A stretch of 64,000 bases of DNA from an uncultured Bacillota bacterium. Lineage in GTDB: Bacteria > Bacillota > Clostridia > Oscillospirales > Oscillospiraceae. The translations under genes and the position numbers were made by a program. The DNA is taken from assembly GCA_947426945.1 (NCBI GenBank), contig CANEFX010000001.1, positions 13,238 through 77,237 of the forward strand, written 5' to 3'. The notes beneath the pieces were generated by a model. The model was not told the origin of the DNA. It worked only from the letters and a program-made list of their open reading frames with translations, and did not search any database. Shown piece by piece: positions 35,083 through 45,503 of this stretch. Position 1 is the first letter of the stretch. Each line of letters opens with the position of its first letter.

Positions 35083-37677
35083 ATGAACATGAACCAGTTT
35101 ACTCAGAAGTCCCTGGCTGCTATCCAGGGGGCTCAGGACATCGCCCTGGAACACGGAAACCAGCAGATTGAGCAGCCCCATCTGCTGCTGGCTCTGGTGG
35201 GGGACGGGGAGGGATTTATCCCCCAGTTGCTTACCGCCATGGGAATGACCGTCCCCAGCTTTGAGGCGGCGGTGAGAGCCGAGGTGGACAAGCTGCCCAA
35301 GGTGTCCGGCTCCGGCAGAGAAAGTGGGAGGGTGTATGTCTCCCAGGATGTGGACCGGGCTCTCCAGGCCGCCGAGCAGGAGGCCCAGGCCATGCGGGAC
35401 GAGTATATCTCCGTGGAGCACATTCTGCTGGGCCTGCTGGCCCACCCCAGCGCCGCCCTGAGAGAGCTGTTCCGCACCTACCGCCTGGAAAAGGAGAAGG
35501 TGATGCAGGCCCTGGCCCAGGTGCGGGGGAGCCAGCGGGTGACCTCCGACAACCCGGAGGAGACCTACGACGCCCTGAAAAAGTATGGCTCCGACCTGGT
35601 AGAGCGGGCCCGGCAGAATAAGCTGGATCCGGTGATCGGCCGGGACGACGAGATTCGGAACGCCATCCGAATTCTGAGCCGCAAGACCAAGAACAACCCT
35701 GTCCTGATCGGCGAGCCCGGCGTGGGCAAGACGGCTATTGCCGAGGGGCTGGCCCAGCGGATCGTCAAAGGGGATGTGCCCGCCTCTTTAAAGGATAAGA
35801 CCATCTTTTCCCTGGATATGGGAGCCCTCATCGCAGGGGCCAAGTACCGGGGCGAGTTCGAGGAGCGGCTGAAGGCCGTTCTCAACGAGGTGAAGAAGTC
35901 AGAGGGGAAAATCATCCTCTTCATCGACGAGCTGCACACCATCGTGGGGGCGGGCAAAACTGAGGGCTCCATGGATGCGGGCAACCTGCTCAAGCCTCTG
36001 CTGGCCCGGGGGGAGCTGCACTGCATCGGGGCTACCACCCTCAACGAGTACCGGCAGTATATCGAAAAGGACGCCGCCCTGGAGCGGCGCTTCCAGCCCG
36101 TCATGGTCAACGAGCCCAATGTGGAGGATGCAATTGCCATTCTCCGGGGGCTCAAGGAGCGCTACGAGGTGTATCACGGGGTAAAAATTACTGATGGAGC
36201 CATCATTGCCGCCGCTACCCTGTCCAACCGGTATATCTCCGACCGCTTTTTGCCTGATAAGGCAATCGACCTGGTGGACGAGGCCTGTGCCATGATCCGC
36301 ACCGAGATGGACTCCATGCCTACCGAACTGGATGTGATCCAGCGGAAGATTATCCAGCACGAGATCGAGGAGGCCGCTCTGAAAAAGGAGACGGACAAGC
36401 TGTCTCAGGAGCATCTGGCGGAGATACAGAAGGAACTGTCCGACATGCGGGACGACTTCAACGCCAAGAAGGCCCAGTGGGATAATGAGAAGGGGGCCAT
36501 CGGCAAGGTCCAGAAGCTGCGCTCCGATTTGGAGGCCGCCAGCGCTGCCCTGGAGAAGGCCCAGCGGGAGTATGACCTGGAGAAGGCCGCCGAGCTGCAG
36601 TACGGCCGCATCCCGGAGCTGAAAAAGGCCCTGGAGGCGGAGGAACAGGCCGCCAGCGAGGGCAGGCAGCGCTCCCTCCTCCGGGACAAGGTGACCGAGG
36701 AGGAGATTGCCCGGATTATCGAGCGGTGGACCGGCATTCCCGTGGCCCGGCTCATGGAGGGGGAGCGGGAGAAGCTGCTCCACCTGGAGGACATCCTCCA
36801 CCGCCGTGTGGTGGGCCAGGACGAGGCCGTCCGGCTGGTGAGCGAGGCCATTTTGAGAAGCCGGGCCGGCATCGCCGACCCGGACAAGCCCATCGGCTCC
36901 TTCCTGTTCCTGGGGCCCACCGGCGTGGGCAAAACCGAGCTGGCCAAGACCCTGGCCGAGGCCCTGTTCGACAGTGAGAAGAATCTGGTGCGCATCGACA
37001 TGTCCGAGTATATGGAGAAGTTCTCCGTCTCCCGGCTCATCGGGGCCCCTCCGGGCTATGTGGGCTATGAGGAGGGGGGACAGCTCACCGAGGCGGTGCG
37101 GCGCAAGCCCTACTCCGTGGTCCTCTTCGACGAGGTGGAAAAGGCCCACCCGGACGTGTTCAACGTCCTGCTCCAGGTGCTGGACGACGGCCGGATCACC
37201 GACAGCCAGGGCCGGACGGTGGACTTTAAAAACACCATCCTGATTCTGACCTCCAATCTGGGCAGCCAGGCCCTGCTGGATGGCATCACCGAGGACGGAG
37301 AGGTCAGCGAGGTTGCCCGGGAACAGGTGGGCGAGCTGCTGAAGCGCTCCTTCCGGCCGGAGTTCCTCAACCGGCTGGACGAGATCGTATTTTACAAGCC
37401 GCTGACCAAGGAGAATATCACCCGCATCATCGACCTGCTGGTGGAGGGCCTGAACCGGCGGCTGGCGGACAAGCAGCTGACGGTGGAGCTCACCCCCGCG
37501 GCCAAGCGCGCGGTCATCGAGGCGGCCTACGACCCCGTGTACGGGGCCCGGCCCCTGCGCCGCTACCTTCAGCATACCGTGGAGACCCTCATCGGCCGAA
37601 AGATTGTCGCCGACCAGGTGGAGCCCGGCTCCGCCCTCACGGTGGACGCGGAGGACGGAGAGCTGACGGTCCGGTAA
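35083..37677 (+). CDS. clpB: ATP-dependent chaperone ClpB
   Basis: 864 aa. Clp N-domain, two AAA+ modules ([20 protein letters not shown]) and the long middle coiled-coil typical of ClpB. ATG after AAAGGAG. Confidence 0.96.
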   Translation: MNMNQFTQKSLAAIQGAQDIALEHGNQQIEQPHLLLALVGDGEGFIPQLLTAMGMTVPSFEAAVRAEVDKLPKVSGSGRESGRVYVSQDVDRALQAAEQEAQAMRDEYISVEHILLGLLAHPSAALRELFRTYRLEKEKVMQALAQVRGSQRVTSDNPEETYDALKKYGSDLVERARQNKLDPVIGRDDEIRNAIRILSRKTKNNPVLIGEPGVGKTAIAEGLAQRIVKGDVPASLKDKTIFSLDMGALIAGAKYRGEFEERLKAVLNEVKKSEGKIILFIDELHTIVGAGKTEGSMDAGNLLKPLLARGELHCIGATTLNEYRQYIEKDAALERRFQPVMVNEPNVEDAIAILRGLKERYEVYHGVKITDGAIIAAATLSNRYISDRFLPDKAIDLVDEACAMIRTEMDSMPTELDVIQRKIIQHEIEEAALKKETDKLSQEHLAEIQKELSDMRDDFNAKKAQWDNEKGAIGKVQKLRSDLEAASAALEKAQREYDLEKAAELQYGRIPELKKALEAEEQAASEGRQRSLLRDKVTEEEIARIIERWTGIPVARLMEGEREKLLHLEDILHRRVVGQDEAVRLVSEAILRSRAGIADPDKPIGSFLFLGPTGVGKTELAKTLAEALFDSEKNLVRIDMSEYMEKFSVSRLIGAPPGYVGYEEGGQLTEAVRRKPYSVVLFDEVEKAHPDVFNVLLQVLDDGRITDSQGRTVDFKNTILILTSNLGSQALLDGITEDGEVSEVAREQVGELLKRSFRPEFLNRLDEIVFYKPLTKENITRIIDLLVEGLNRRLADKQLTVELTPAAKRAVIEAAYDPVYGARPLRRYLQHTVETLIGRKIVADQVEPGSALTVDAEDGELTVR

Positions 37678-37696
37678 GAACCGGCCCAAAAATGAG

Positions 37697-37740
37697 ACAG
37701 ACAGGGGCCCGCCCCGGGCAGGCGGGCCCCTGTCTGTTCT
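37697..37740 (+). terminator. Terminator hairpin of clpB
   Basis: Perfect 17-bp stem ACAGACAGGGGCCCGCC / GGCGGGCCCCTGTCTGT, with a weak U-tract. Confidence 0.7.
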
Positions 37741-37876
37741 GTGTCCGCCTGCCCGGGGCAGGTTGCGGGAACGGTCCAATATCAATGCGTTTTCCCCGCC
37801 GGAGGCGGGCGCCTGGACAAATCTGATAAGATTCGGTATAATGTGCAAAACAACTGCTGCGACAGGAGGACATTCT

Positions 37877-38770
37877 ATGATGTACCGGCTGATCTGGATC
37901 TTTTTTATCTATGCCTTTCTGGGCTGGTGTACGGAGGTGAGCTACGCCGCGCTGGTGACCGGGAAATTCGTCAACCGGGGCTTTCTCAACGGCCCGGTGT
38001 GCCCGGTCTACGGTTTCGGAGTAGTGATAGTTCTAACCTGCCTTACCCCTTTGGAGGAAAACCTGCTTCTGCTGTTTCTGGGCTCGGTGGTGCTGACCTC
38101 CGCACTGGAGTGGCTCACCGGATTTGTGCTGGAGAAGCTGTTCCACCAGCGGTGGTGGGACTACTCCGACCAGCCCTTTAACCTCAGCGGCTATATCTGC
38201 CTGCGGTTCTCCGTCGCCTGGGGCTTTGCCTGTATGTTTGTGGTCAAGCTGCTGCACCCCACGGTGCTGCTGCTGATCCGACTGATTCCAAAGACGGTGG
38301 GGATCGTTCTGCTGGTGCTGCTGGGGGCGGTGATGGCCGTTGACTTGGCCGCCACCGTGTCCACCATTGTCAAGCTGAACCGCCGCCTGGCCCAGATCGA
38401 CGAGCTGGCCGCCAGAATCAAGGAGGCGTCCAATGAGTTTGGGGAGAACCTGGCTGACAAGGTGCTGGACGCTGCAGAGCGGAGTGCCGGCTGGAAAGAG
38501 GACATTGACGAGCTGGCCTTCCGTCTGGCGGAGCGCAGGGCGGAGCTGGCGGATGAGATGGAGGACTGGGAGCAGCGCCGGGAGGAGCGGGGCGCGCAGG
38601 TCCGCCGTCAGTTGGAGGAGTGGCGGGAGTCCGTCCGGGAATTGCTGGACGGCGAATCTTTTGGCCGCCGCCGGTTGCTGAAAGCCTTTCCACGCCTGCG
38701 TTCCGTGGACCACGCCGGTGCGCTGGAGCGGCTGCACCGGTGGACGGAGAGCCAACGCGGCAGGCGGTAA
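37877..38770 (+). CDS. Putative ABC-transporter type IV / CmpB-like (DUF1113) membrane protein with long charged C-terminal tail
   Basis: MMYRLIWIFFIYAFLGWCTEVSYAAL...GFLNGPVCPVYGFG is the family signature as I recall it. The last ~130 aa are Arg/Glu-rich helical. AGGAGG RBS. Confidence 0.65.
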   Translation: MMYRLIWIFFIYAFLGWCTEVSYAALVTGKFVNRGFLNGPVCPVYGFGVVIVLTCLTPLEENLLLLFLGSVVLTSALEWLTGFVLEKLFHQRWWDYSDQPFNLSGYICLRFSVAWGFACMFVVKLLHPTVLLLIRLIPKTVGIVLLVLLGAVMAVDLAATVSTIVKLNRRLAQIDELAARIKEASNEFGENLADKVLDAAERSAGWKEDIDELAFRLAERRAELADEMEDWEQRREERGAQVRRQLEEWRESVRELLDGESFGRRRLLKAFPRLRSVDHAGALERLHRWTESQRGRR

Positions 38771-38844
38771 AAAGGACTCTTTACAATGCCCGAAACCCTG
38801 TGATATAATCATGGACACTACGTCAAAGAAAGAAGGTCTGGTCT

Positions 38845-39366
38845 GTGGACGAGCTGCAAAACCTGAAAGACCGCATGGAGCGGGAACGGCCTGCCCCCTG
38901 GGAGGACCTGCCCGATATCGCTCTGTATATGGATCAGCTTATTTCCTATATGCCCCGGCAGCTGATTCGGTTTGACGAGGGCCCCGCCCTTACATCCGCC
39001 ATGGTGAACAACTATATCAAGGACGGACTGGTTCCCCGGGCGGAGGGAAAGCGTTATGGCCCCGTCCACCTGGGCTACCTCACCGCTGTGGTGGCCCTGA
39101 AGCAGGTGTTGTCCGTCCGGGATATCGGTGCGCTGATGGAGGCAGGGCGGGCCCTGGAAAAAACCCCGCCCCAGCAGTACGGATATTTCCGCAGTGCCCT
39201 GGACCAGGCGCTTGCCGATACGGCCCAGGCCATCGACCCGGAAGCGGACCGCTCCGACTTGGCCAAGATGGCCCTGGATTTTGCCGTGCGCAGCTACGCC
39301 AACCAGTTGGCCTGCCAGCGCGTCCTCAGCATCCTCCAGCCCCAGGAGGAGAAGAAACGCAGATAA
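38845..39366 (+). CDS. DUF1836 domain protein
   Basis: 173 aa with GTG start. ...LYMDQLISYM...TSAMVNNYIK.GLV resembles DUF1836, which is typically adjacent to degV genes. Confidence 0.6.
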   Translation: MDELQNLKDRMERERPAPWEDLPDIALYMDQLISYMPRQLIRFDEGPALTSAMVNNYIKDGLVPRAEGKRYGPVHLGYLTAVVALKQVLSVRDIGALMEAGRALEKTPPQQYGYFRSALDQALADTAQAIDPEADRSDLAKMALDFAVRSYANQLACQRVLSILQPQEEKKRR

Positions 39367-39422
39367 GAGATTGTACTACCGACTGGAAATACAGTCCCTA
39401 AAAAACAGAAGGAGTGTTATCA

Positions 39423-40295
39423 ATGCCTGATTTTGTCATTCTTACCGATTCTTCTGCGGACCTGTCCGCCGAGATGGCGCAGAAGCTGAATGTTGAGATT
39501 CTCCCCTTGGGCTTTGTGATGGATAACCAGACCTATCGCAACTATCCCGACAATCGGGAGATGGACCCCCATGTGTTCTACGACCGCCTGCGCAGCGGCG
39601 ACGCGGCAACCACCAACGCCGTCAACGTGGCCCAGTATGTGGAGGCTCTGGAGCCCATGCTCCAGGCCGGGAAGGATGTGCTTATCCTGGCTTTCTCCTC
39701 CGGGCTGTCCACTACCTACAACTCCTCTCGACTGGCAGTGGAGGAACTGAGCTCCAAATATCCGGAGCGGAAGCTGTACACCGTGGATACCCTGTGCGCC
39801 TCCCTGGGACAGGGCCTGCTGGTGTGGTACGCCGCCCGGGAGCGAGACCGGGGCCACTCCATTGAGGAGGTCCGGGACTGGGTGGAAGACCGCAAGCTGA
39901 ATCTGTGCCACCAGTTTACTGTGGACGACCTCTATTTCCTCAAGCGGGGCGGCCGGATTTCTGCCGCCACCGCCGTGGTGGGCTCCATGCTTCACATCAA
40001 GCCCGTTCTCCATGTGGATGACGAGGGACACCTGATCAATATCGGTAAGGTGAGGGGCCGACAGGCCGCGCTGAAGGCCCTGGTAGACCGGATGGAGGAG
40101 ACCGCCATCGACTCGGGCAGCCTTACTGTCTTTATCAGTCACGGCGACTGCCTGGAGGATGCCCAGACCGTGGCGGAGATGGTGAAGAAGCGCTTCGGAG
40201 TGGAGGAAATCTATATCAACTATGTGGGTCCCGTCATCGGCGCCCACTCTGGTCCGGGTACCGTGGCCCTGTTCTACATCGGGACCAACCGGTGA
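39423..40295 (+). CDS. DegV family fatty-acid-binding protein
   Basis: MPDFVILTDSSADL..., ...SSGLSTTY..., ...GGRIS... are DegV hallmarks. Confidence 0.9.
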   Translation: MPDFVILTDSSADLSAEMAQKLNVEILPLGFVMDNQTYRNYPDNREMDPHVFYDRLRSGDAATTNAVNVAQYVEALEPMLQAGKDVLILAFSSGLSTTYNSSRLAVEELSSKYPERKLYTVDTLCASLGQGLLVWYAARERDRGHSIEEVRDWVEDRKLNLCHQFTVDDLYFLKRGGRISAATAVVGSMLHIKPVLHVDDEGHLINIGKVRGRQAALKALVDRMEETAIDSGSLTVFISHGDCLEDAQTVAEMVKKRFGVEEIYINYVGPVIGAHSGPGTVALFYIGTNR

Positions 40296-40409
40296 GGAAG
40301 CGGGAAGAGGATTGGTTGGCGGGAGAAGCCCGGACAAAGTCTCTGTGTTTGGGACGCCCCGGGAGGAGGCCGCGCCTCGGACAGGTGGGATGCGGCAGGG
40401 AGGAATTGT

Positions 40410-41363
40410 ATGGACGAGATCAAATGGCTGGAGGTTGCGGTCGATACTACGCCGGATGAGCTGGACCGGGTATGCGCCAGGCTGGCCGCCGCCGGAATGG
40501 ACAGTCTGGTTATTGAGGACGAACAGGATTTTTTAAGCTTTTTAGAGCAAAACCGGCAGTATTGGGATTATGTGGACCAGGATCTGCTGGAGCGGATGCG
40601 CGGCGTCACCCGGGTGAAGTTCTATGTTACCGACGACGATGGCGGCAGGGAACAGCTGGAACGGTACACCAGGGGTCTGGGCTGCGAGTACGCCGCCGTC
40701 CCCCTTGCCGACAACGACTGGGCCTACAGCTGGCAGAAGTACTACAAGCCTCTGAAAGTCGGCCGGCGGCTTTACGTGGTGCCTGAGTGGATGCGGGAGG
40801 AGCCCGTCCCGGAGGGGCGGGTGCCATTCTACCTCAACCCGGGCCTTACCTTTGGCACCGGTTCCCACGCCTCTACCCAGCTGTGCCTGGAGGGGGTGGA
40901 GGAGCACACTCTCCCCGGCCGGGAGGTGCTGGATCTGGGCTGCGGCAGCGGGATATTGTCCATTGCCGCCCTGTGTCTGGGAGCCGGAAGCGCCGCAGCG
41001 GTGGACATCGACCCCAAAGCGGTGGACGTTGCCTATGAAAATGCCGCCCTCAACGGGATTGGAAGAGACAGGTACACCGTTCGGGCGGGGAATGTGCTCT
41101 CTGATGCCGCCCTGGCGGCAGAGCTGGCGCAGAAAAAGTATCACCTGGTGCTGGCCAATATTGTGGCCGACGTTATTATTCCCCTGGCCCCCCAGATACC
41201 GGGCCTGCTGGAGGAGAACGGGGTGTTCCTGTGCTCCGGCATCATTGATACCCGGGCCCATGAGGTAGAGAGCGCCCTGAAAAGGGCAGGCCTCACCCTG
41301 ACCCGGCGGCGGGAAAAGAGCGGCTGGGTGGCACTGGAGTGCAGACGGACAGTCTGTGGATAA
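40410..41363 (+). CDS. prmA: Ribosomal protein L11 methyltransferase
   Basis: 317 aa. ...LNPGLTFGTGSHASTQLCL..., SAM motif VLDLGCGSGILSIAA. Confidence 0.92.
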   Translation: MDEIKWLEVAVDTTPDELDRVCARLAAAGMDSLVIEDEQDFLSFLEQNRQYWDYVDQDLLERMRGVTRVKFYVTDDDGGREQLERYTRGLGCEYAAVPLADNDWAYSWQKYYKPLKVGRRLYVVPEWMREEPVPEGRVPFYLNPGLTFGTGSHASTQLCLEGVEEHTLPGREVLDLGCGSGILSIAALCLGAGSAAAVDIDPKAVDVAYENAALNGIGRDRYTVRAGNVLSDAALAAELAQKKYHLVLANIVADVIIPLAPQIPGLLEENGVFLCSGIIDTRAHEVESALKRAGLTLTRRREKSGWVALECRRTVCG

Positions 41364-41384
41364 AACCTTTCTTATGAGCAGATA

Positions 41385-41421
41385 CCCCCTGATGCAGTAT
41401 TTCTGCATCAGGGGGGTTTTT
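41385..41421. terminator. Bidirectional terminator
   Basis: CCCCCTGATGCAG ... CTGCATCAGGGGG 13-bp stem followed by TTTTT, between convergent prmA and the aldehyde dehydrogenase gene. Confidence 0.85.
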
Positions 41422-41471
41422 GTCTATTGTCTGTCTTTACGGGTTGGATTTATTTTCAGGGAAACAGTTTT

Positions 41472-42842
41472 TTATCGCAGAAACAGCCGCAGAAGCTTCT
41501 TTTTTGCCGGAGTGTAAGGGGCATATCGGACGGGCAGGTCGAAGAGGGCAGATTTGCTCACAATGCCCTTGCGATGGGAGAAGGTATTGAAGCTGTCTTT
41601 TCCGTGGTAGCTGCCCATGCCGCTGCTGCCTACACCGCCGAAGGCCATACGGCTGGTGGCAAGATGAATAATGGTGTCATTGATACACCCTCCGCCGAAG
41701 AGGGCACGGCGGAGGAACAGCCGCTGGACCCTTTTGTCCTGGGAGAACAGGTACAGAGCCAGGGGATGGGGCCGGCTGTTGACGAATTCCAGCGCCTCCT
41801 CCACCCGGTCGAAGGTAAGAACGGGGAGGACCGGCCCAAAAATTTCCTCCCTCATCACCGGGTCATCGGGAGACACGCCGTCCAGAACGGTGGGCTGTAT
41901 TTTCAGAGTGCCCGGATCACCTTTGCCCCCAAAGACCACCTTGGACTGGTCGATCAGGCCCATCACACGGTCGAAGTGCTTCCGGTTGACCATGCGGACA
42001 TAGCCCTGGTTGTCCAGCGCCTCAGAGCCGTACATGGCGACAGTCCATTTCCTCAAATAGGCCAGAAAGCGGTCCTTTACCCGGCGGTCGATGAGCAGAT
42101 AATCCGGGGCCACGCAGGTCTGGCCGCAGTTGAGCAGTTTGCCGAAGACCAGTCGCTTGGCGGCCAGGTCCAGCTGGGCGGTGGCGTCCACGATACAGGG
42201 ACTCTTCCCTCCCAGCTCCAGAGTGACGGGGGTGAGGTGCCTGGCCGCCCTGGCCATAACCTCCCTGCCCACCGCCACCCCGCCGGTGAAGAAGATATAG
42301 TCGAATTTTTGGTCCAGCAGAGCCTGGTTTTCCGCCCGGCCCCCCTCTACTACGGCCACGAATTCAGGGGGGAAGCAGTCGGCCAGCATCTCCCGGATGA
42401 CCGCCGAGACTGCGGGGGAGTAGGCCGAGGGTTTTACTACGGCGCAGTTTCCCGCGGCGATGGCCCCGATCAGGGGCTCTATGGTGAGCAGGAAGGGGTA
42501 ATTCCAGGGGGACATGATGAGCGCAACCCCATAGGGCTCCTGAACCGTGAAGCTCCTGGCGGGAAATTGGGCCAGGGGGGTGAGATGGGGTCTGTCCCGC
42601 ATCCAGCGCCCAAGCCGCCGATCCACAAAGGACAGCTCAGACAGGGTAAGTCCTGTCTCGCACATATAGCTCTCGGTGGGAGATTTGTTCAGGTCGGTCT
42701 GCAGAGCGGCACTGATATCAGCCTCTCGGGCCTTGATGGCCTCTCTTAGACGTTTCAAGGCTGCTTTGCGGGCGGAGAGAGACAGGGTGGCTCCGGTATT
42801 AAAATAGGCTCGCTGAGCCGTCACAAGCGATTGAATGTCCAT
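41472..42842 (-). CDS. Aldehyde dehydrogenase family protein (class 3-like)
   Basis: 456 aa. Catalytic motifs ELGGKSP and ...NCGQTCVAPDY (Cys nucleophile). Confidence 0.92.
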   Translation of the reverse strand: MDIQSLVTAQRAYFNTGATLSLSARKAALKRLREAIKAREADISAALQTDLNKSPTESYMCETGLTLSELSFVDRRLGRWMRDRPHLTPLAQFPARSFTVQEPYGVALIMSPWNYPFLLTIEPLIGAIAAGNCAVVKPSAYSPAVSAVIREMLADCFPPEFVAVVEGGRAENQALLDQKFDYIFFTGGVAVGREVMARAARHLTPVTLELGGKSPCIVDATAQLDLAAKRLVFGKLLNCGQTCVAPDYLLIDRRVKDRFLAYLRKWTVAMYGSEALDNQGYVRMVNRKHFDRVMGLIDQSKVVFGGKGDPGTLKIQPTVLDGVSPDDPVMREEIFGPVLPVLTFDRVEEALEFVNSRPHPLALYLFSQDKRVQRLFLRRALFGGGCINDTIIHLATSRMAFGGVGSSGMGSYHGKDSFNTFSHRKGIVSKSALFDLPVRYAPYTPAKKKLLRLFLR

Positions 42843-42924
42843 AGGTTACCTCCCAAAAGCCTCCTTTGGCAAAGAAGGTTTTTTCCAGCATATCATAAAA
42901 ATTTCCTGCCGTCAAAAATTTCTC

Positions 42925-42956
42925 TTGACAAGTCCGCCGCGGGACGGTATTATAAT
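42925..42956 (+). promoter_or_regulatory. Sigma-A type promoter
   Basis: TTGACA - 17 nt - TATTAT (overlapping TATAAT). Confidence 0.6.
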
Positions 42957-43017
42957 ATTAATAGTAGTATATTTTGTATAGTACCAAATTTTTAATAATA
43001 GCAAGGAGGATGCTGAG

Positions 43018-43842
43018 ATGAACAAATTAAAGACGGCGGAGCCCCTGACCCGTGAGCAGTACCTGAAAAAATTCAGCCAGGCGGTGCGGTGGCGGCTGCC
43101 GCCCCAGGAGTCAGAGGAGGCCATTGCCGACTACCGGGAGCTGATCTATCAGCCGGAGCGGGACAGAGGAAAGCTGGTGGAGGAGCTGGGTGAACCCGTC
43201 CAGGCGGCCCACCTGCTCACCGACGTAAAAACCTACCGCCGGTGGCTGAAGGTTTTCGCTGTGCTCGCTTTCGGTTTGTTCCTGTTGGCGAAGTGGAACT
43301 GGATGGGCTGGAGTGACGTTCATTTGAGTTTTGCTGAGCAGTGGTGGTACCCCGTGTGGGTGATGGCGGTGGGGCTGGCGCTGTCCCTGTACTGGTTCCG
43401 GCGGCACGGGCAGAAGAATGGCCCCATGTCTAAATGGCTGATGCTGTCGCTGGTGGTCGTGCTGGCCCTTGGGGCAGGCGTCTTGGCGTGGGAGTGGCGC
43501 GTGATGGACGCTGAATTTTTGGAGTGCGTCGCTGCGGAGCCCTTTCGCGGCCCGCTCCATAAACAGATATGGGTGCTGGGGGATTTACTGATGTACGGCG
43601 GAGCGGCATGTGCTCTGGCCGCTTTAGCCGGGCTGGTGCTGGCCAAATGCTATGACCGGCGCTGGCTGGCCCTGTATATCCTTGGGCTCACTGTGGCGGC
43701 GCTGTGCGGCTTTGTGACGTTCCAGCTGAAGGGCATGAGTTTGGAGTATCTCGAGGCAAATATGATTCAAGCCTACCTGTTTTCCCGGCTGATTCCTATC
43801 GGGGCGGCGGGCCTCATCGGAACGGGGGTGGCCCTGTGCTGA
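43018..43842 (+). CDS. PadR-associated membrane protein (DUF1700/HAAS-like N-terminus)
   Basis: 274 aa. Soluble helical N-terminus followed by ~6 TM helices. Translationally coupled (GTGCTGA overlap) to a PadR gene. Confidence 0.5.
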   Translation: MNKLKTAEPLTREQYLKKFSQAVRWRLPPQESEEAIADYRELIYQPERDRGKLVEELGEPVQAAHLLTDVKTYRRWLKVFAVLAFGLFLLAKWNWMGWSDVHLSFAEQWWYPVWVMAVGLALSLYWFRRHGQKNGPMSKWLMLSLVVVLALGAGVLAWEWRVMDAEFLECVAAEPFRGPLHKQIWVLGDLLMYGGAACALAALAGLVLAKCYDRRWLALYILGLTVAALCGFVTFQLKGMSLEYLEANMIQAYLFSRLIPIGAAGLIGTGVALC

Positions 43843-44138
43843 AAAAGGATCTGTTGGAGCTGTGTCTGCTCCAGCTGCTTTCCAGGGGGGACAAGTACGG
43901 CTACGAGGTGCTCACACCTCTGCGCGCCGCCTTCCCGGACACTCAGGAGAGCGCCATATACGCCTTGCTCCGGGGGCTGGGCAAGGAGAAGCTGACCGAG
44001 TGGTACATGGCCCCCGGCGGCGGCGGCCCGGACCGGAAGTATTACAGGCTTACCCCTGCCGGAAAGGACCGGCTGGAGGAGCTGTGCTCAGACTGGCGCA
44101 ACATGCGGGACGCTATTGCCTCCTTCGGAGTGGAGTAA
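43836..44138 (+). CDS. PadR family transcriptional regulator
   Basis: GTG start overlapping the upstream stop. LELCLLQLLSRGDKYGYEV... and ...RKYYRLTPAGK are PadR signatures. Confidence 0.85.
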   Translation: MLKKDLLELCLLQLLSRGDKYGYEVLTPLRAAFPDTQESAIYALLRGLGKEKLTEWYMAPGGGGPDRKYYRLTPAGKDRLEELCSDWRNMRDAIASFGVE

Positions 44139-44253
44139 ACGCTTTGCCGCATTAATTTGTCAAAAAATATTTACAAGCCCGGGGAATCGTGATATCATAC
44201 GTAGTTGTGGGATTTTCCCCCGCAAATGATATGAAAACGAGGAGTGTTCCTTT

Positions 44254-45447
44254 ATGAGCCGTATGGTCGGTACAGTTTCCCGGGGTATCCGCACCCCCAT
44301 CATCCGCAGCGGAGACGACCTGGTGGAGATCGTCACCAGTTCCCTGCTGGAGGCCGCCGGGGAGGACGGCTTTGCCATTCGGGACCGGGACGTGGTGGCC
44401 ATGACCGAGGCCATTGTGGCCCGAGCCCAGGGCAACTATGCTTCTGTGGACGATATCGCCGCCGATGTGAAGGCCAAGCTGGGGGGCGGTACGGTGGGCG
44501 TTATTTTCCCCATTCTCAGCCGCAACCGCTTCGCTATCTGTCTGCGGGGCATCGCCAAGGGGGCGAAGAAGATCGTCCTTATGCTCAGCTATCCCTCCGA
44601 CGAGGTGGGCAACCACCTGATCAGCCTGGATGCGGTAGACGAGAAGGGGGTGGACCCCTATAAGGATGTTCTTACTCTGGAGCAGTACCGGACGCTCTTC
44701 GGCTATGAGAAGCACCCCTTCACCGGCGTGGACTATGTGGAGTACTATCAGGAGCTGATCCAGGGCTGCGGGGCCGAGGCGGAGATTATCTTCGCCAACG
44801 ATCCCCGGGCCATTCTCCCCTATACTAAGGACGTGCTGTGCTGCGACATCCACACCCGCGCCCGCACCAAGCGGCTGCTGAGGGCCGCAGGGGCAGAGCG
44901 GGTCTTTGGCCTGGACGAGATCCTGAATGCGCCGGTGAACGGCAGCGGCTGCAACGAGAAATACGGCCTGCTGGGCTCCAACAAGTCCACCGAGGAGCGG
45001 GTAAAGCTCTTTCCCCGGGATTGTCAGGGGTTGGTGGAGGCCATCCAGAAGCGGCTGCTGGAGGAGACCGGTAAGCGCGTGGAAGTCATGGTCTACGGTG
45101 ACGGGGCCTTTAAGGATCCGGTTGGAAAGATATGGGAGCTGGCCGACCCGGTGGTCTCTCCGGCTTATACCGCCGGGCTGGAGGGAACGCCCAATGAGCT
45201 GAAGCTGAAGTACCTGGCCGACAACGATTTTGCCGACCTGTCCGGCGAGGCCTTGAAGGAGGCCATCAAGGACCGTATCCACAAGAAAGACGGGGATCTG
45301 GTGGGTCAGATGGTGTCGGAGGGAACCACTCCCCGCCGCCTCACCGATCTCATCGGCTCACTGTGCGACCTGACCTCCGGCTCAGGAGATAAGGGCACTC
45401 CGGTGGTCTTTATCCAAGGCTATTTTGACAACTACACCACAGAGTAA
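44254..45447 (+). CDS. CofE-like (F420-0:gamma-glutamyl ligase family) protein
   Basis: 397 aa. The N-terminus GTVSRGIRTPIIRSGDDLVEIV...VVAMTEAIVARAQG resembles PF01996-type ligases as annotated in Clostridia. Confidence 0.6.
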   Translation: MSRMVGTVSRGIRTPIIRSGDDLVEIVTSSLLEAAGEDGFAIRDRDVVAMTEAIVARAQGNYASVDDIAADVKAKLGGGTVGVIFPILSRNRFAICLRGIAKGAKKIVLMLSYPSDEVGNHLISLDAVDEKGVDPYKDVLTLEQYRTLFGYEKHPFTGVDYVEYYQELIQGCGAEAEIIFANDPRAILPYTKDVLCCDIHTRARTKRLLRAAGAERVFGLDEILNAPVNGSGCNEKYGLLGSNKSTEERVKLFPRDCQGLVEAIQKRLLEETGKRVEVMVYGDGAFKDPVGKIWELADPVVSPAYTAGLEGTPNELKLKYLADNDFADLSGEALKEAIKDRIHKKDGDLVGQMVSEGTTPRRLTDLIGSLCDLTSGSGDKGTPVVFIQGYFDNYTTE

Positions 45448-45454
45448 AATGATG

Positions 45455-45484
45455 CGGCGCGGCCCCTGGAGGCCGCGCCGTTTT
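45455..45484. terminator. Terminator between convergent genes
   Basis: CGGCGCGGCC-CCTGGA-GGCCGCGCCG followed by TTTT. Confidence 0.8.
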
Positions 45485-45503
45485 CTGCAAAAAAGGAGCT
45501 GCG

